From the NCBI GenBank assembly GCA_965213925.1, contig OZ243927.1, positions 2,560,001-2,624,000 of the forward strand: 64,000 nucleotides of DNA. Reading direction: 5' to 3'. Source of the DNA: Trueperaceae bacterium (lineage in GTDB: Bacteria > Deinococcota > Deinococci > Deinococcales > Trueperaceae). The notes below the pieces were generated by a model. That model searched no databases, was not told where the DNA came from, and worked only from the letters and a program-made list of their open reading frames with translations. Positions 61,034 to 64,000 of this stretch are shown here, in pieces. How positions within the stretch are numbered: position 1 is the first letter of the stretch; the number at the start of each line of letters is the position of its first letter. The position numbers were made by a program, and so were the translations under genes.

Positions 61034-63115
61034 ATGACTCGCAGCGCTAAAGTAAAAGAACTATCCGGCTTTATTTGGAACATCGCTGATCTGCTGCGCG
61101 GCGACTACAAACAATCTGATTATGGCAAGGTGATCTTGCCCTTTACCGTTTTGCGCCGCCTCGACTGCGTACTGGAACCTACTAAAGAAAAGGTGCTCAC
61201 CTTCTACGAAACCAAAGCCAAAGCGCTCAACGTCAACAACTTAGAGCCCATCTTGAACAGCCAAGCGCGGCTACCTTTTCACAACATCAGCAAGTTCAAC
61301 TTCCAGAAGCTCGAGCAAGACCCTAGTAACCTCGCCGCCAACCTCAAAAACTACATCAACGGCTTTTCGGCGAACGGTCGCGAGATTATCGAGTACTTTC
61401 GCTTCAACGAGCACATAGACCGCTTAGATGACGCTAATATCTTGCTCCTCATTCTTCAAAAGTTCGCAGAAACTGATCTCCACCCCGAAACTGTAAGCAG
61501 CCTCGAGATGGGCTACGTCTTCGAAGAACTTATCCGCAAGTTCTCCGAACTCTCCAACGAGACCGCAGGCGAACACTTTACGCCCCGCGAGGTCATCCGG
61601 CTCATGGTCAACGTGCTGCTTCATAACGACACCGCCTCGTTGCGCAAAGAAGGCATCGTCAAAACCATCTACGACCCTGCGTGCGGCACAGGCGGAATGC
61701 TCTCCATCGCCGAGGAGTACATCCGCGAACTGAATGAGGACGCCAAACCCGTCGTCTTCGGTCAGGAGATCAACCCCGAAAGCTACGCCATCTGCAAGAG
61801 CGACATGCTTATTAAAGGGCAGAATGTCTCTAACATCAAATTCGGCAACACCTTCACCAGCGATGGTCTAAGGGATGAGCGGTTCGACTATATGCTCTCC
61901 AATCCGCCGTTCGGCGTGGAGTGGCGCAAGGTGCAAAAGCATATCGCCGATGAGCACACCAACCGAGGCAACAAAGGGCGCTTCGGCGCAGGGCTGCCGA
62001 GAATCAGCGACGGCTCGTTTTTGTTCTTGCAACACATGCTCGCCAAGATGAAGCCCAAGGATGAGGGCGGCAGCCGCGTCGCTATCGTCTTCAACGGCTC
62101 CCCGCTCTTCTCGGGTGGCGCAGGCAGCGGCGAGAGCAACATCCGCACCTGGATCATCGAGAACGACTGGCTAGAAGCCATCATCGCGCTGCCCGACCAG
62201 CTCTTCTACAACACCGGCATCTACACCTACGTCTGAATTTTGACCAATGCGAAAGCGCCCGAGCGCAAGGGCAAAGTGCAACTTATCAATGCCATCCACT
62301 ACTACCAGAAGATGAGCCGCAGCCTCGGCAACAAGCGTCACGAGATCGCTGACGGCGAAGACGGCACGCCCGACCAGATTGCCGCCATCACCGAACTCCA
62401 CGGTAACAACGAAGACGGCGAAGTGCGCACCTTCAACTTAGAGGGTGAAGAGGAAACCCTGACCGTGAGCAAGGTCTTCGACAACAAAAATTTCGGCTAC
62501 TGGCGCATCACTGTAGAGCGCCCGTTACGTCTGAACTTCCAAGTGAGCGAGGCGCGTATTAAACGTTTAGATGAGGAAACGACCTTCGCCAACCTCGCCA
62601 AGTCTAAAAAGAAGGGTCAAGCCGCTCGAGACGAGATAGCCGAAGGTCAAAAGCTGCAAGATGACATCAAAACCATGTTGCGCAGTATGGACGCTGAAAA
62701 AGTCTACAAAAACCGCGATACCTTTGAAGCTGAACTCAAAATGGCAAGCCACACCCACGGTGTTACACTGAGCGCTCCCCTCAAAAAAGCCATCCTGAGC
62801 GCCCTGTCCGAGCGCGATGAAACGGCGGACATCTGTACCGATTCCAAAGGCAACCCCGAGCCCGATACCCAACTACGCGACTTTGAAAACGTCCCCCTCA
62901 AAGACGACATCGCCGCCTACTTCGAGCGCGAAGTCTTGCCGCACGTACCGGACGCCTGGATAGATGAGAGCAAGACCGTGAAGGGCTATGAGATCAGCTT
63001 CACCAAGTACTTCTACCAGTACAAGCCCCTGCGCCCTTTGGATAAGATACGCGCCGAGATCATGACCTTAGAAGAGGAGACCGAAGGGATGCTGCAAGAG
63101 GTGCTAGGTGCATGA
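61034..63115 (+). pseudogene. hsdM: Type I R-M methyltransferase with in-frame TGA at 62234-62236
   Basis: GEHFTPRE, DPACGTGGML, NPPF, FYNTGIYTYV*ILTN; both ORFs in one frame (693 codons). Confidence 0.9.
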
Positions 63116-63214
63116 AGCAGTGTCCCCATGCTATTCTGATTTACCAGTACCCGCCAAGGCTATGTCCATTTGGATACCCTCAAATTGGCGGGTCGCTCTT
63201 TGGTTTGAACAGCT

Positions 63215-63940
63215 ATGAAGCCGTATGAAAGGTATAAGGATTCTGGCGTTGAGTGGATTGGAGAGGTGCCGGAGCATTGGGAAATTGCACCACTTAAATT
63301 TGTCGCAGAGATTCAGACAGGTTTAACACTTGGCAACAAATACGATGGTTTAGAAACGGTTGAACGTCCTTACTTGAGGGTAGCTAACGTCCAAGATGGT
63401 TTTCTTGATTTGGACACAATCACAACTATCTTGGTTCCAAAAAGGAGTACGGTGCGGTATGAGCTGCAAGCTGGGGATGTCCTGATGACTGAAGGGGGTG
63501 ATTTCGATAAGCTTGGACGAGGATACGTGTGGGAAGATCAGATCAAAGGTTGTCTCCATCAAAACCATGTATTCGCAGTCCGACCAAATCAGAGCAAGCT
63601 TTATCCATACTATCTCGCCTTTCTAACTTCCTCCTATCACGGAAAAAACTACTTTACAAGTACATCTCAGAAAACGACTAATTTAGCTACGATAAATCGA
63701 ACGAAGCTCGGGCAGTTTTTGCTGATTCTACCTACAGCCAATGAACAAAAAGAGATTATCGAGTTCCTCGAGCAAAAAACCTCTCAAATTGACACAACGA
63801 TTAGCAAAGCTGAGAGGCAGATTGGGCTTTTGCGGGAGTACCGCACGGCGCTCATCTCTGAGGTGGTGACGGGCAAGGTGGATGTGCGGGGTGAGCGTGT
63901 CGGTTCGGCGGTAAGCGGTTCGCGGGAGGTGGCGGTGTGA
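63215..63940 (+). CDS. hsdS: Type I R-M specificity subunit, half-size (single TRD)
   Basis: YKDSGVEWIGEVPEHW, one TRD, P..EQKEI, LREYRTALISEVVTGK. Confidence 0.9.
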   Translation: MKPYERYKDSGVEWIGEVPEHWEIAPLKFVAEIQTGLTLGNKYDGLETVERPYLRVANVQDGFLDLDTITTILVPKRSTVRYELQAGDVLMTEGGDFDKLGRGYVWEDQIKGCLHQNHVFAVRPNQSKLYPYYLAFLTSSYHGKNYFTSTSQKTTNLATINRTKLGQFLLILPTANEQKEIIEFLEQKTSQIDTTISKAERQIGLLREYRTALISEVVTGKVDVRGERVGSAVSGSREVAV

Positions 63941-64000
63941 GCACGGCGACAAAAGAGAACGCCTTTGAAACGGCAATCGTTCGCCATCTCGTCATGCACG
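63937..64000 (+). CDS. hsdR: Probable type I R-M restriction subunit, 5' end (runs off window)
   Basis: GTG overlapping hsdS stop; MSTATKENAFETAIVRHL resembles HsdR N-termini. Confidence 0.6.
   Translation, partial: MSTATKENAFETAIVRHLVMH

Noticed and set aside
62234..62236. Stop-codon reassignment or selenocysteine at the hsdM TGA
   Set aside because: Other genes end at TGA at family-typical C-termini (pdxH, pstB); the expected residue is Trp, not Cys
1575..62910. Numerous antisense or alternate-frame ORFs in the track
   Set aside because: Shadows of GC-rich genes, fully overlapping well-supported CDSs
1..64000. CRISPR array, cas genes or rRNA
   Set aside because: No regularly spaced repeat-spacer series, cas-like ORFs or rRNA signatures seen

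Overview
GC-rich bacterial chromosomal window. The gene set, protein style and pervasive TANNNT-N5-7-start leaderless motifs suggest Deinococcota (Truepera-like); this is inference. It is mostly housekeeping and transport genes: phoH (frameshifted), floA, coaX, typA, pdxH, ispE-ispD-ubiX, pstSCAB, a sugar ABC operon, an IrpA/di-heme/imelysin/HTTM (gamma-carboxylase-like) operon, GH42 beta-galactosidase, an S8 protease-lipoprotein pair, speA split by a 99-bp MITE, recN, gabT, pdxS, a PAS-LuxR regulator and trxA. The right end has a complete IS256-like element, tRNA-Val(CAC) and a decaying plasmid-like island (Rep-like gene, serine resolvase with res-like palindrome, type I R-M with nonsense-interrupted hsdM and single-TRD hsdS). 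The most striking unexplained feature is a ~640-nt stretch with no credible ORF (about 49925-50565). It folds by eye into many nested long-range helices and pseudoknots, so it is a candidate large structured ncRNA.
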